Assembly: GCA_012964335.1 (NCBI GenBank)
Contig: DTUF01000032.1
Span: 17,513 to 81,512 of the forward strand
DNA: 64,000 bases
Direction of reading: 5' to 3'
Origin: Candidatus Poseidoniales archaeon
Lineage (GTDB): Archaea > Thermoplasmatota > Poseidoniia > Poseidoniales > Thalassarchaeaceae
Positions 29,522 to 39,200 of the stretch are shown in pieces; position 1 is the first letter of the stretch; each line of letters opens with the position of its first letter. Under the pieces are notes generated by a model. The model was not told the origin of the DNA and did no database searches. It worked only from the letters and a program-made list of their open reading frames with translations. The translations under genes were made by a program, and so were the position numbers.

Positions 29522-32122
29522 TCACTCTTCTTCAGAACTTGGTAATGGTGTGAGGGTTGTTTTTACTGGAGTTAATATTGCTACTTCTGGAGACTCAACA
29601 GGAATCATCACTTTGACAGTAGTTTTTGTTGATTTAATGTTGGTAGTTTCACTACTCTTTGGTTGTAGTACTGGTCTGCGAACAGGCTTTAGAATATCTG
29701 CAGGCACATCTCCGCTATCTCTAATACGACTTCTTTCTGAAGGAGCGATTCTTTCTCGTACTAGTTTCCCTCCTCCAGGGGGACCACGTGCTGCTGTTGG
29801 TTCTGCACTTTGCTCTTCATCCACATCTTCCCGAACCAATCTTCCTCCACCAGGAGGAGCTCGACTCACAGGAGTTGCTTCTTCAGTAACAGTTTCAGCT
29901 TCTTTAAGCGTGGTTAATCCTGAAATGGCTGTACTAATATCCAATTCTTCATCCTCGTCCCAATCATCATCTGTTGGCGTCCCTATTGAAAACATTCCAG
30001 ATGGTTCTTCGGGCTTTTTGATTTCACTCGGAGGGGCAGGACTACCTACATCCTCTGCAATATCACTCAAAGAACGGGCGGGCTTGGCTGGCTCACCTTC
30101 AACTCTGATAGGTGCTCTTACTGGAGCAAGACGTTCAGCCATTGTTGAGCCGGCAGTTGGTCGGGGAATTGTTGTGGTTGGCGAAGGGGTAGTTGCTGCA
30201 GAAGTTTGTCCTATTGGAGACCTAGAAGGAGCTAATTTTCCTCCGGCTCCAGATAGTCCAGCTGCAGGGGTTGGGGCTTGTCCTCCTAATGCTGGAGAAG
30301 CTAACTTGGGTTGGCCTAATCGACCACCACCAACTAGGCCTCCTGGGCGTACAGCAGTCTCTGGCATCTGACCTTGAGCACCTTCCAAAGCACCCATCCA
30401 GCGCTGGCGGCGGTCTAGAACTGTATCTTGCTTCTCAAGATTCTCAGTTTCATCCTCTAACTGTTTGAGACGGACTTCATCTTCCAGGTCTTCATCTGAA
30501 ACAAGATTGCGCTCAAGTTGGGTACGAATCTTTTCTTCAGCCACTTGCTTGAATTCTTCTGAGCGCTGGTCGAGAGTTGCGAGACGCTCACGAATTTCAG
30601 CTCTCTTAACCGCAAGTTGTGCTTCGATTTCTGCTCGGATTTCCGATTCGCGGCGACGAACTTCGATGAGTGCTTTGTTACGCATAATCTCCTCACGCTT
30701 GGAAAGTTGACGCTCTAATTGGTCTGTAACTTCTGTTTCTTTTCGAGACCTGAACTCTCGTAGCCTAGATTCCATCTCAACCTCAAGTTCCATTGAAGTC
30801 TCCTGCTTTAGCAAATCAAGAGAAGTTTCTTGAGATATCTTCTCATTACGGACTCGGGCATCAATTTCAGCCATGATTTGTCGCTGAACGGCGGACTCTT
30901 TGGAACGATATTCCTGTTCTAGTTGATCTATCCATTCTTGCTTTCTACCCTCAAAGGCTGAAGAAAGTTGTTCACGAAGCTCAACTTCTCTATCATGGCG
31001 GAATCGAGATAATCGACTAGATATCTCTGATTCACGTGAACGGCGGTAGGTTTCAAACTCACCCTCCATTCGGTCTTGAAGCACATCTTCAAGTTCAAGG
31101 TTGAGAGCCTGTTCTATCTCGTCAATTGACTGACTGAAAGTTAAGTCATAACGTTCGCGCAGACGCAATTTACGCTCTGCAATACGCTCACCATACTGAG
31201 TTTGGAGTTCATTAAGAATTGATGTGCGGACTTCGTCACGTTTGCGTGCAACAGCCAACTCCAAATCCTGCTGCATTCGCTCTTCAAGTTGTTCGGTTTC
31301 CGAAGTAAGACGCTGTTCAAGTTCAACTTGGAGGTCTTTTGCAATTTCTTCCTCCATTCGATGAGCTCGATGTTCATACTCACTTCTAAGTCGTGCCTCG
31401 CGGGCACGCAGGCGACTGCGTAGTTGTCCTTCGAGGCGACGGCGAATGCCATCTCTAAGTTGAATCTCCCTTTCTGAAAGGCGAGAATGCTGTTCTGCTT
31501 CTATTATCTCTGCCTGACGACCCTCCTCAGACTTTAGTTGAACCTCCATCTCTTCTTTTAATTCAGATTCTAAAGTGGACAACTGCTCCTGGAGGGCTTG
31601 GGTTGCCTCGATCTCCATTTTCTCCTGCAAGAAAGCCCGACGACGATCAAACTCTTTGTTCATATCACTAGAAAGTTGAGTGTGAAGTTGTTCACGGCTA
31701 GCACTAAGCCGGCGTTCGCGCTCAACCTCAAGTTGCTCACGAAGAGATATCTCCTCACGTTCAAGTCTCATATCCAACTCTTCTCGTAATATCTCTTCTT
31801 CTCTTCCGAGGGTTTCCTTCTCGAGACGAGAAAGTTCTGATTCCATCTCACTGCGCATTTCTGATTCAAGATCATTAAGAATAGATTGGTGCTCCATTTG
31901 TAGAGCACGACCCATAGATCCCTTAGCAGCCGAAAGTCGTTCTGCTTGGTCCTTCAAGCGTAGACGGCGTTCCCTACCAAGGCTACGGCGAAGTCCTTCC
32001 TCATTGGTTAGATTTCTAGATACCTGACCTGCCCGCTTCAAAGATGGTGAGTCTGTTCCAGTAATTTCTTGTCGTAATTCAGCAAGTGAATGGTCGTCAC
32101 CACCAACGACTTGCTTTTTCAA
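29522..32122 (-). CDS. 866-aa Glu/Arg/Leu-rich alpha-helical rod (coiled-coil or ER/K single-helix) protein with a Pro/Gly/Ala-rich disordered C-terminal third
   Basis: About 550 aa of uninterrupted charged helical sequence (REEEILREELDMRLEREEISLREQLEVERERRL; RLEGQLRSRLRAREARLRSEYEHRAHRMEEEIAKDLQVELEQRL). The tail carries two PPGGG(R/K)LVRE motifs. No TM helix and no enzymatic motif. TTG start at 32122. The frame is open a further 22 codons upstream, back to an in-frame TAG, with no ATG/GTG/TTG in that stretch. Confidence 0.75.
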   Translation of the reverse strand: MKKQVVGGDDHSLAELRQEITGTDSPSLKRAGQVSRNLTNEEGLRRSLGRERRLRLKDQAERLSAAKGSMGRALQMEHQSILNDLESEMRSEMESELSRLEKETLGREEEILREELDMRLEREEISLREQLEVERERRLSASREQLHTQLSSDMNKEFDRRRAFLQEKMEIEATQALQEQLSTLESELKEEMEVQLKSEEGRQAEIIEAEQHSRLSEREIQLRDGIRRRLEGQLRSRLRAREARLRSEYEHRAHRMEEEIAKDLQVELEQRLTSETEQLEERMQQDLELAVARKRDEVRTSILNELQTQYGERIAERKLRLRERYDLTFSQSIDEIEQALNLELEDVLQDRMEGEFETYRRSRESEISSRLSRFRHDREVELREQLSSAFEGRKQEWIDQLEQEYRSKESAVQRQIMAEIDARVRNEKISQETSLDLLKQETSMELEVEMESRLREFRSRKETEVTDQLERQLSKREEIMRNKALIEVRRRESEIRAEIEAQLAVKRAEIRERLATLDQRSEEFKQVAEEKIRTQLERNLVSDEDLEDEVRLKQLEDETENLEKQDTVLDRRQRWMGALEGAQGQMPETAVRPGGLVGGGRLGQPKLASPALGGQAPTPAAGLSGAGGKLAPSRSPIGQTSAATTPSPTTTIPRPTAGSTMAERLAPVRAPIRVEGEPAKPARSLSDIAEDVGSPAPPSEIKKPEEPSGMFSIGTPTDDDWDEDEELDISTAISGLTTLKEAETVTEEATPVSRAPPGGGRLVREDVDEEQSAEPTAARGPPGGGKLVRERIAPSERSRIRDSGDVPADILKPVRRPVLQPKSSETTNIKSTKTTVKVMIPVESPEVAILTPVKTTLTPLPSSEEE

Positions 32123-32302
32123 ATCGGCTAATTTTGCTTCTATTTCCGTCAGGGTCCCATCCCCTGGAGCACACTGCTCCTAGTACAATCCTGCAAGTCT
32201 CTTCCTATTTGAGTGGGCAGGGTGGCATTATCCGTCAAATGGCTATTCCCATACCCTGAGGGTACAATGCCAAACACTAGTTCCCAAATACCAAAACATG
32301 CT

Positions 32303-32719
32303 TCAGAAAGTGACCTTGAAAGCATCTTCACAAGCAGGGCATGTAATCTGACGCGAGCCTGGTCGAGGCTTGAGGCGGAGGCGGCGCTCACAAGAAGGGC
32401 AAGTGATCTCTACCTTGACAACTTTTGGTTTTACAACAATTTCATTTGAACAGGATGAACAAGATACTTTTGCAGGTCTCTCTTCAACCCCGCAAACTAA
32501 AACTTTGGAACAATTTGGACAAGCGAATCTTTCTTCTGCCCACTCTTTTCGCGTGGGTTCGTGTTCTACGCTTGCTACAGCACCACAAAGAGTACAAGTC
32601 TTGGTTCCCAAACCCAGAGGAAGTAACCCCTCACAATTGGGGCAATTGATTAGTGGTGGCGCTATATCAGAGTCAACTTCTAATGGGCCAAGTTCAACCT
32701 CTACTTCTTCCTCAGTCAC
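32303..32719 (-). CDS. triple zinc-ribbon protein
   Basis: 138 aa with six CxxC pairs forming three ribbons (CPNC..CTLC; CPNC..CSSC; CPSC..CPAC) and an acidic N-terminus. The start lies 9 nt after the ArsR-like gene stop. Confidence 0.75.
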   Translation of the reverse strand: MTEEEVEVELGPLEVDSDIAPPLINCPNCEGLLPLGLGTKTCTLCGAVASVEHEPTRKEWAEERFACPNCSKVLVCGVEERPAKVSCSSCSNEIVVKPKVVKVEITCPSCERRLRLKPRPGSRQITCPACEDAFKVTF

Positions 32720-32728
32720 GCATTCACC

Positions 32729-33202
32729 TCAGTTTCGTGGTTTACCAATGATTAGAATCCCACCCGGTGTAAAAGTGAATGGCAAATCAAGTTCAACTCC
32801 CCATTCTTCGGCTACACTTTCAAGCATTTTCTTGGCCGCAATGGTTTCTCTTGCAGAACCTGAGATTTCAACCCAATGAACATCAGACCCTCTTCTTATC
32901 AGGGCTGACACTCCGTCAGGAAGCCCGGATAAATCCGGTTGACTTGCATCAACCCCTGCATCTAAGTCAATAGGTCCAGTCAGTCGCCACCAACGTGCTC
33001 TTCCTTTGTCACGATGATTTTCTATGATACCGGCAATGACAAGTTGTTTGAGATGATGATAAAGGTGGTATCTAGTGACTCCAATTGTTTCTTGGATCTG
33101 AACTGTAGACTTCTCCTCAACATTTTGTAATGTTTCAACAATACCTCTTCTCGTTTCATGAGCTAAGGCTACTTGCCGAGCGTCTCCTCGAATCTTTGCC
33201 AT
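32729..33202 (-). CDS. ArsR-like winged helix-turn-helix transcriptional regulator with an extra C-terminal domain
   Basis: LAHETRRGIVETLQNVEEKSTVQIQETIGVTRYHLYHHLKQLVIAGIIENHRDKGRARWWRL is an ArsR/SmtB-type wHTH. It lies directly downstream of the metal ATPase on the same strand. Confidence 0.75.
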   Translation of the reverse strand: MAKIRGDARQVALAHETRRGIVETLQNVEEKSTVQIQETIGVTRYHLYHHLKQLVIAGIIENHRDKGRARWWRLTGPIDLDAGVDASQPDLSGLPDGVSALIRRGSDVHWVEISGSARETIAAKKMLESVAEEWGVELDLPFTFTPGGILIIGKPRN

Positions 33203-33260
33203 TTCTATTGTCCCCGCAGTTGCCCAACACTGAGCACTACGCTATAACAAGTTGCCACCT

Positions 33261-35969
33261 TCATTCGCTACTAGTAATCAACACTTTTAGTGAACCCCAA
33301 GCCTCCATGCAATCACTCCCGAGTTGCTTGAAAAGGTTGCCAAGAGTACCTAATCTACTCATCCCCTCATCGGCTAACCATATTCCATTTAGTAAAGTAA
33401 TAATGGCACTTGCTTCATGGATAAATACTCCTAACGCGAGGCTAGCATGCCAACGGTCAACAACTGAAATTACCAACACCAATGTGACGATTAGAGAGAT
33501 TGCTAGATTAATATTTACAATCATTCTAGTCTTTTTAGATAGACGAATTAAACGCGCTAAAACCCGGGGGTCATTAGATGGGATGAGAACATCAGCGGCA
33601 TCAAGATTAACACTCTCGCCGCTACCTACTGCAACACCAACATCTGCAGCCGCTAACGCAGCAGCGTCGTTGAATCCATCGCCTGCCATCAAGGTGCAAA
33701 GGGCTTGACTACGGCGCTCTACCCAAATGGCTTTACCATCTGGATCAATGTCACCACGACAATATTTTGCATCAATGCCAAGTTGGCTTCCGAGTGCCTC
33801 AACTGCTGGCTGAGAATCGCCGGAGAGTAATTCCACAGCAATTCCGAGTTCGGAAAATTCATTGATTAAGGATTTTACACCAACTCGTAAATCATCATTG
33901 ATGAAGGTGAAAACTGCAAGTGCATCATTACTCTTTGACAAAATTGACACCCCGTGTCCATTGGAACGTGCGTCACCTGCTGCATCTTGCAAAGGTTGTG
34001 AAATGTTGATTCCTTCGCTGTTGAGCCACTCCTGGCTACCAAGACGAACTATTGAACGACCACTTTTACCGCTAACACCTGCCACCCCGTCAGCCAGTGA
34101 TTTTACTTCAATCGGTTCTGCTTCTTCACTTTCAGCAGCCAGCATAATAGTTGATGCATAGGGGTGATTGCTTCGCGCTTCCAAACCGGCTGCGAGAGAA
34201 AGCGCTTCTAACATTGATACACCATCTGCTAGGACTAAAGAATTAAGGCGAGGTTTTCCACTTGTCAGCGTCCCAGTCTTATCTAATAATACTAAATCAA
34301 CTCGGGCTGTTCTCTCAAGAACATCGCCCCCACGCGCGATGACGCCTTGGTGAGCGGCTGTGGAAAGAGCTGTAGCATGAGGAATCGGTGCGGCTAGAAG
34401 CAAAGCGCATGGGCAGGCAACAACCCACAATAACAACATCATCATCCATTCACCATAGAAAATAGCAACACCAAACCCGCCAAGTAAAACAGTAGGAACC
34501 CAGAATTTTGTGAATAATTCAACGGATGATTGTAAGCGCGGTGGTTTGTCGCGATAAGTGTGAACCCTATCAATCAGATTTGATAGTGCGGTATCCTCCC
34601 CAACCGCTGAAACTTCAATCAATATTGGCCCCCGAATAAGTACCAAACCAGCCTCGACAAATTCACCTTCTTCTACCCTTATCGGCACGCTTTCTCCAGT
34701 CAAGGGAGCACGGTCAATCTGTCCAACCCCTTCTGTGATAACCCCATCAACTGGAATTAATTCACCACTTCTAACCTCAACCATTGTCCCAGGAAAAACA
34801 AGGTCAATGGGAATTTCCTCTGGTTCTGGACGTGAGGGTTCAAGAGATGATAATGGGGAAATCCCAGTGCTAAAGGTAGTTGATGAAACCCCACCTAAAC
34901 GTGGTTTTTCTCCTGAAACTACTCTAGCCACACGCGGAAGACGGTCTAATCCACCTTGCATAGCATCTCTTGCTCTGGTGAGGGCAGATGATTCTAAATG
35001 CCCACTTACAGATTCTAATAATACAACCATCAATGCTTCGGGCCACGCCTGTAGAATTGCCGCCCCAATCACTGCCATGGTTGTCAGTATTTGGAAACCG
35101 AGTACACGGTTACGGATACTTGCAATGGCTTCCATAAACATGCGGAATCCACCTACAACCGTACCTACAATTCCAACTCCAACGATGATAATTGTTGGCA
35201 TAGACAAGGCTTCTAATAGGATAATTATTGGTAATAAAACTAAGGCAATAGATGCACCAATCAATCGCCAATGTTCTGTTGAAAGGCCAACTACGTCACC
35301 TTTTACCAACTCAACACTCTTGCCAGTCATTCTTTCAAGAGCTAGTTCATGTTCTTTACGAGTTAGTGGCAACATCGTTGGTGGGCGACGTATCAGGATT
35401 TCTGTTTCTTCCAAGCGGACATCAAGTAATCCTGGGGCAGATAGAAGGAGGCGCTTTAGTGAAGTTCGGTCACAGCGTTGCCGTTTCATCACCGATTCAA
35501 CAGTTACCCCAGATAGGCGGAACCAGTCAACATCGGGCTCATGTCCTAAGCTAGATAATATTCGATTGGCTTTTGCAAGGTCACCCTTTCCAAGATCAAT
35601 TCCAAGACGAACAATGCCGTCAGCGTGACTTATCCTACAAGAATCTACAGCTGGATTTTTTGTTGTAGCAGAACTTGCTTTCATTGCACAATCCGGACAA
35701 TCCATACCCTTAATTGGCCATTCAAAATTATGAATTCCATCAGTTACTAATTGAGCTGAAAAGTACTCATCATCTCTTTTTGGTAGGATGTCTTGAATAG
35801 GGATAATTTGTTCTTTCTGAAATGAATCCAACGTATTAGATTCTACTTCACCATCCTTACTTTCAATAGATTCATCTTTGATGGTTTTCTCTTCAGATGC
35901 TATCAACTCGTCTTCGTCATCATCTTCGAAAAAGATGAATCCCTCCGATTCATCCTCTCGCTTGGGCAT
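33261..35969 (-). CDS. P1B-type heavy-metal-translocating P-type ATPase
   Basis: N-terminal HMA-like GMDCPDCAMK, TGESVPI, transmembrane CPC (VVACPCALLLAAP), phosphorylation site DKTGTLT, SNHPYAS (HP motif), GDGFNDAAALAAADVGVAVG. Metal specificity is not assignable by eye. Confidence 0.92.
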   Translation of the reverse strand: MPKREDESEGFIFFEDDDEDELIASEEKTIKDESIESKDGEVESNTLDSFQKEQIIPIQDILPKRDDEYFSAQLVTDGIHNFEWPIKGMDCPDCAMKASSATTKNPAVDSCRISHADGIVRLGIDLGKGDLAKANRILSSLGHEPDVDWFRLSGVTVESVMKRQRCDRTSLKRLLLSAPGLLDVRLEETEILIRRPPTMLPLTRKEHELALERMTGKSVELVKGDVVGLSTEHWRLIGASIALVLLPIIILLEALSMPTIIIVGVGIVGTVVGGFRMFMEAIASIRNRVLGFQILTTMAVIGAAILQAWPEALMVVLLESVSGHLESSALTRARDAMQGGLDRLPRVARVVSGEKPRLGGVSSTTFSTGISPLSSLEPSRPEPEEIPIDLVFPGTMVEVRSGELIPVDGVITEGVGQIDRAPLTGESVPIRVEEGEFVEAGLVLIRGPILIEVSAVGEDTALSNLIDRVHTYRDKPPRLQSSVELFTKFWVPTVLLGGFGVAIFYGEWMMMLLLWVVACPCALLLAAPIPHATALSTAAHQGVIARGGDVLERTARVDLVLLDKTGTLTSGKPRLNSLVLADGVSMLEALSLAAGLEARSNHPYASTIMLAAESEEAEPIEVKSLADGVAGVSGKSGRSIVRLGSQEWLNSEGINISQPLQDAAGDARSNGHGVSILSKSNDALAVFTFINDDLRVGVKSLINEFSELGIAVELLSGDSQPAVEALGSQLGIDAKYCRGDIDPDGKAIWVERRSQALCTLMAGDGFNDAAALAAADVGVAVGSGESVNLDAADVLIPSNDPRVLARLIRLSKKTRMIVNINLAISLIVTLVLVISVVDRWHASLALGVFIHEASAIITLLNGIWLADEGMSRLGTLGNLFKQLGSDCMEAWGSLKVLITSSE

Positions 35970-36055
35970 AACCTGACCTATTGCCTCCCCTGTTTGAATG
36001 TGTGCCTAACTAAGATAGGAGGTTTGCGAGTGAATATCCAATTGAAAAAATGATT

Positions 36056-36069
36056 TCCCTATTGGGAAT
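36056..36069. promoter_or_regulatory. candidate operator (inverted repeat TTCCC-N4-GGGAA) abutting a TTATAA box upstream of the ATPase operon
   Basis: The plus strand reads TTCCCTATTGGGAA at 36056-36069 and TTATAA at 36071-36076. This is about 90-105 nt upstream of the ATPase ATG at 35969, on the promoter side. Confidence 0.25.
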
Positions 36070-36134
36070 TATAAGGCATTCTTAGAAGGGAAAAGTGAGT
36101 ATTGGTGAAGGTCTGAACCGAGACTGATGAGTTT

Positions 36135-36219
36135 TGGTGCAGGGAGCAGGATTCGAACCTGCGAAGCACTAAGCAGTGGATCTTGAGCCCACCCCCTTTG
36201 ACCGCTCGGGTACCCCTGC
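36135..36219 (-). tRNA. tRNA-Leu (anticodon CAA), class II with long variable arm, CCA encoded
   Basis: The reverse complement reads GCAGGGGTACCCGAGCGGTCAAAGGGGGTGGGCTCAAGATCCACTGCTTAGTGCTTCGCAGGTTCGAATCCTGCTCCCTGCACCA. Acceptor GCAGGGG/TCCCTGC, anticodon loop CTCAAGA, T arm GCAGG-TTCGAAT-CCTGC. Confidence 0.9.
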
Positions 36220-36247
36220 GTTGCAACTCGGTGTGTGCTTCCCTTTG

Positions 36248-39200
36248 TCACTCTTCCTCAAGAAGTGATGAACTCTGAGTTAGGATTTCAGGAGGAGGGC
36301 CTGCACCTTCTGGCCATTCATCGGGAGCCCATGGCGGGGGTGGTGGCACTTCTTCATCCTCCATCTCGTCCCATTCTTCTTCGGTTCGCCTAAGCGCCGC
36401 AACTACAATCATTAGTACTACTGAAATAAGTAATATCATTAGACCAAACGCAGCTGGAGAGTCTAAAGTCTGCCAAAAAATCTCACCTGTAGATTGCTCA
36501 CGAACAAGTCCAACTGGAACACTTGTAAGATTTGTGTTATCATCATTAATGGCAATGTATAGTTGCAAATCACCAACAGTCCAAGCCTCAACCGTGAATG
36601 TGAAAAAGGCATGCTGCTGAGGTAAAAGGGTCAAATTAGTCTCATTGAGAATGTGATAACGACCTCCACTACCTGTTGATTGCCAGGCCCATAATCCGAC
36701 TTTGACAACGCCCATATCATTTCCTTCATTCGAAACTCGGCCATCGATCGTGAACACCGAATCAATGGTTGGCTGATATGGGTTTACAGTTAATTCTGAA
36801 ATAACTGGTTGGAAAAATATGACTCGTAATTGAGTCATCCTACTATTTCCTTCAGTACCTATTCCAACTAAGGAATGGCCTGCTAAGTCGGCCCCAACTA
36901 TCCATATCACCAAATCATCTTCAGGAAGGAGACGATCTGGGTTAACGTCAAAATCTATTCTAGTAGAGTAAGTCCACAATCCCTCTGCCTCAGTTGCGAG
37001 GGGTAATTGTGAAACCCCGTGCATATACGAAATTTCTACGCCATGCCTTCTAAATGACCAGTGCAACTCTAGAGGGCTTTGCCCCATCCCTCCTGCTTCG
37101 TTTACCCGAACCGTCACTAATTGTTGCATCATCTGATTTGAGTTGATGGTACTAAGTGTAGTCACAGGGAAATCCAATGTTGGAGGTGTGGAATCAATAA
37201 CGATATGTAGTTTCATATCAGTAATAGGGATTGTTTGGACGCCTCCAACTATTATCGCTTGTACCGTTGCTGACCCACGATTCCACCTCGCTTGTGGAAT
37301 ATCAGAAGTGGCTATGAAAGAGGAGGAGTCGGAAAGTTGAATATACCAATTTTTGGCATCATTTTGATTGTCATCCATACTAAAATTGACTTGCCAATCA
37401 CCATCCAGTATCACATTCAACCCATTCGCTGGATGTTGTAATTGACCTGAAAAATTGAATCTATCATCAGGTTGAAGATAAAGAGTGCTTCCAATTAATT
37501 CACTGCTGGGAGGAGAAAGGTCGTCGGCACTTACCAACATCAGATTTACTCGACCATCAACACTCCACGCAAGATGAGAAAGTGAATTACTTCCTAGTTC
37601 TAGAACTTGACCATGCTCAGTCACTATTACACTGGGCTTTTGGGTTGAAGTATTCCATGATTGAGGGGAACCAACACCCAAGCGGAACTGAATTTTCACC
37701 TTGTAAGAGCCAGCGGCTAGGTCGTCAATAACTAGTCCAACTGGATTGATTGGAGAATTATCATTTACCGATAATTCTCTTGAGAGAGGATCAAGCCAGA
37801 TATCGCCTCGAGAATCTCCCGGCGCTAACGCAATCAAGATATTGTCAATAGAACCAATACCATTGTCATCAGTAAGTGAAAATGAGAATTCATGGATTTG
37901 GCCAACCAGTAGATTATCACCCCACCTATCAAGAGACATTGAGGGTTGTGAAATTGAAGTCGGCAAGTCATCCTGAGTCACTAGTGTTGCCATGTCATTA
38001 TCAATCCCAGGACCCCCACCATTGAGCACTGGATGTCCTGCTAGGTCAGTCCCAGTAATGTAAAGTGAAACCTTTCCAAGTTCCCCATTTGTTACCAACT
38101 CTAAAGATGGAAAATCAATTCTCACTGTCCCGTTTGCTTTCATTGGCGTTATTTCACGCATGATTGAATATTCCCATTCGTCAGCTTCACCGTCTCTATC
38201 TACGTCGTCAATACCTTCTCTCCATGAATGCAATAATAGTGGGCCTCCGAGAGCTTCAATTTCTGATATTTCAACTGACAGAGGTAAGAGTCTGTCCTCT
38301 GGCCAAACATTGCCATCAGCCGGTCTTGGGCCACTTGGTGTGTAGGCCAACAATGGGCCGAGAGTCGGTGGGTTGGAATCAATAATTAGAGTAACAGGTG
38401 TTCTATCATTAGTAACATCTGTTGCACCACTCAAAGACACGCCATTAGGGCCTGGCCGAAGAATCCATGCTGTGAGATTAACTTCCCCACTTGCTTGGCC
38501 GAGAACAACGCTAGCGTTCCACTGACCGTTTGGTCCACTTGAAGCAACGACTTGGGATGTTCCGTTGATATGTTCAGATTGGATTGTGACCTGGAAATTG
38601 TCATTTGAAGGACGCATTGTTGAATCTTCAAAGCGGACTTTGCCAGAGACCTCAACAATTGAACCGGCTGCGATTTCAAATGGATACGCTGGCGAGCCGC
38701 GGGTGGAAAGCAGGTTGTCATCTTGGTTCCTAACTTCCCACGCATCAATCTCCATATCATTCTCAACTGCTTTTGAGCCGACGCCGATTCTAACAACATC
38801 ATCAGCAAGGTTGGCGCCACTAACTGCCCAAGAATCAGCAGCAACATCTAGCCAATCGACATCATCCCAACTCCATTCCGTTTGTAGATGCCATTCAATC
38901 TGCCACCCTCTTTCAATTGGTGAAATTGTGGTAGTTGTTGTATCAAATGATACTTGGCCACCCCCACTAATTTGAGTGAATGTAGGGGTGCTTGAAAGAT
39001 CTGAAATGGAGAATGAAATCAAATCCCCGCTAGGGGCTGTTAATGTTAGATTGGCACTAGACAACCGTTCCCGTGCGTACAAATGAGTGAGTTCGGTTGT
39101 GATGATGGTAGGCCGGTCTGGAAGCCAAGTTTCTGGCACTGAAACCACCTCATTGACCAATAGCGGGGCATGCTCAACCCCACCCCACAATCCGATGCCA

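Noticed and set aside
29409-30371. 320-aa plus-strand ORF rich in Ser/Gly/Pro/Ala
   Set aside because: It lies entirely antisense to the low-complexity Pro/Gly/Ala tail of the 866-aa rod protein. Its composition is the mirror image of that tail, with no start context and no motifs.
32149-32391. 80-aa minus-strand ORF between the zinc-ribbon and rod-protein genes (and the 169-aa plus ORF 32370..32879)
   Set aside because: The first overlaps the 3' end of the zinc-ribbon gene out of frame, and the second is antisense to it. Neither has motifs or start context. I treat the 180-bp region as intergenic. It contains short inverted repeats (GGAGCA-N3-TGCTCC at 32166-32180 and TACCCT-G-AGGGTA at 32252-32264) of unknown significance.
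34735-35628. 297-aa plus-strand ORF (plus 33862..34161, 35252..35554 and 33130..33708)
   Set aside because: These lie antisense inside the P-type ATPase or ArsR genes, whose motifs (DKTGTLT, CPC, GDGFND) unambiguously define the real frame. They are Ser/Arg/Pro-rich junk translations.
26362-36219. Possible integrated genomic island bounded by tRNA-Leu(CAA)
   Set aside because: There is no integrase or recombinase gene, and I found no direct repeat of the tRNA 3' half. The gene content (surface proteins, metal ATPase) is accessory-like, but mobility is unsupported.
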